A stretch of DNA of 64,000 nucleotides. It comes from an uncultured Prolixibacteraceae bacterium (GTDB taxonomy: Bacteria > Bacteroidota > Bacteroidia > Bacteroidales > FEN-979). Positions 63,229 through 64,000 of this stretch are shown here, piece after piece. Both the position numbers and the translations under genes were made by a program. A model generated the notes under the pieces. That model searched no databases. It saw only the letters and a list, made by a program, of their open reading frames with translations, and was not told the DNA's origin. Within the stretch, counting starts at the first letter, position 1. Each line of letters begins with the position of its first letter. The stretch is from NCBI GenBank assembly GCA_964616825.1, contig CAZTSX010000006.1, positions 1,635-65,634 on the forward strand, in the 5' to 3' direction.

Positions 63229-64000
63229 AAACCGCGCTGATCATTACCTATTATTGGCCCCCAAGTGGTGGTGCCGGAGTTCAACGCTGGCTGAAATTCG
63301 TAAAATACCTCCGGCAGTGTGACTGGGAACCCATCTTATATATCCCTGAAAATCCTGAATATCCCGAGGTTGATCATTCACTTGAAGGAGACATCCCCGA
63401 TAATCTGACGATACTGAAACAACCTATCTGGGAGCCATATGATGCATATAAACGATTCATAGGCAGGAAAAAAGATGAAAAGATCAACGCTGCATTTCTC
63501 TCTGAAAAGAAGCAAAACCCACTCCTCGAGAAGATTTCCGTCTGGACAAGGGGAAATTTCTTTATCCCTGATGCCCGTAAATACTGGATCAATCCCTCAA
63601 TAAACTACCTGAATCAACACCTTACAGAACACCCGGTTGATGCCATCATATCTACCGGGCCACCACATTCATTGCACCTGATCGCGATGCAGGTCTCCCG
63701 AAAACACCAGATCCCATGGCTGGCTGACTTCCGGGATCCATGGACGAATATCGACTTCTATAAAGACTTGAAACTAACAAACTGTTCTGATAAAAAACAT
63801 CGGAAACTGGAAAAAAATGTCCTGAAAAACGCCTCTGCCGTTACTGTGATCAGTAATTCGATGGCAGATGATTTCAACCGGATCTATCCACGCAAGTATG
63901 ATGTAATCACCAATGGATACGACCCCGAAGATATCCCCACCGAATCCCCTCTTGAATTGGATAAAAAATTCACTATCGCACACATCGGTACACTTGTCAG
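63225..64000 (+). CDS. glycosyltransferase (GT4-like), 3'-truncated by window end
   Basis: ATGA overlap with the yfhO-like stop. My translation MKTALIITYYWPPSGGAGVQRWLKFVKYL ... stays open to position 64000. Not in the track because no stop is reached. Confidence 0.7.
   Translation, partial: MKTALIITYYWPPSGGAGVQRWLKFVKYLRQCDWEPILYIPENPEYPEVDHSLEGDIPDNLTILKQPIWEPYDAYKRFIGRKKDEKINAAFLSEKKQNPLLEKISVWTRGNFFIPDARKYWINPSINYLNQHLTEHPVDAIISTGPPHSLHLIAMQVSRKHQIPWLADFRDPWTNIDFYKDLKLTNCSDKKHRKLEKNVLKNASAVTVISNSMADDFNRIYPRKYDVITNGYDPEDIPTESPLELDKKFTIAHIGTLV

Noticed and set aside
1-64000. Search for mobile elements, prophage, defence islands, tRNA/rRNA/tmRNA/RNase P/SRP RNA and riboswitches
   Set aside because: No transposase, integrase, recombinase, restriction, toxin-antitoxin or cas-like ORFs were found. 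All gaps are under 250 nt. None shows tRNA-like T-arm/acceptor patterns or conserved riboswitch cores that I can recognise by eye. A covariance-model scan would be needed for certainty.

Overview
This is a dense, mostly housekeeping chromosomal segment. I assign it to a Bacteroidota bacterium on internal evidence only: a T9SS C-terminal sorting domain, DUF1573/DUF4293/DUF1343 families, a split transketolase, Rho with a long low-complexity N-terminal insertion, and the phylum-typical -7 promoter box TAnnTTTG upstream of most transcription units. I call 57 protein-coding genes. Two are absent from the supplied ORF track: rpmH at 60531-60692 and a 3'-truncated glycosyltransferase at 63225-64000. 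Several track ORFs are trimmed to internal starts. There is one strong bidirectional intrinsic terminator. I found no rRNA, tRNA, CRISPR, transposase, integrase or phage genes, and no recognisable defence or secondary-metabolite cluster. All family assignments are motif recall, not searches. The most unusual signal is non-coding. About half of the intergenic spacers consist of consecutive blocks of 7-10 nt words, each tandemly repeated 3-9 times. Words are shared between distant loci, and arrays abut or run into stop codons and start codons. Other items worth follow-up are listed here. (1) Two tandem secreted vWA paralogs sit between the two halves of the split transketolase, bracketed by the largest repeat spacers. 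(2) A single-chain DAK2(FakA-like)-DegV(FakB-like) fusion is translationally coupled to a lipoprotein. (3) An LtaS-family gene is coupled to a soluble DAG-kinase-family gene. (4) A THX-like ribosomal protein carries a histone-H1-like tail. (5) rsmG appears to need a non-ATG/GTG/TTG start. (6) An identical 18-nt back-to-back promoter cassette occurs at two divergent gene pairs. (7) An orphan PqqD-like protein lies between an OPT transporter and PepD.
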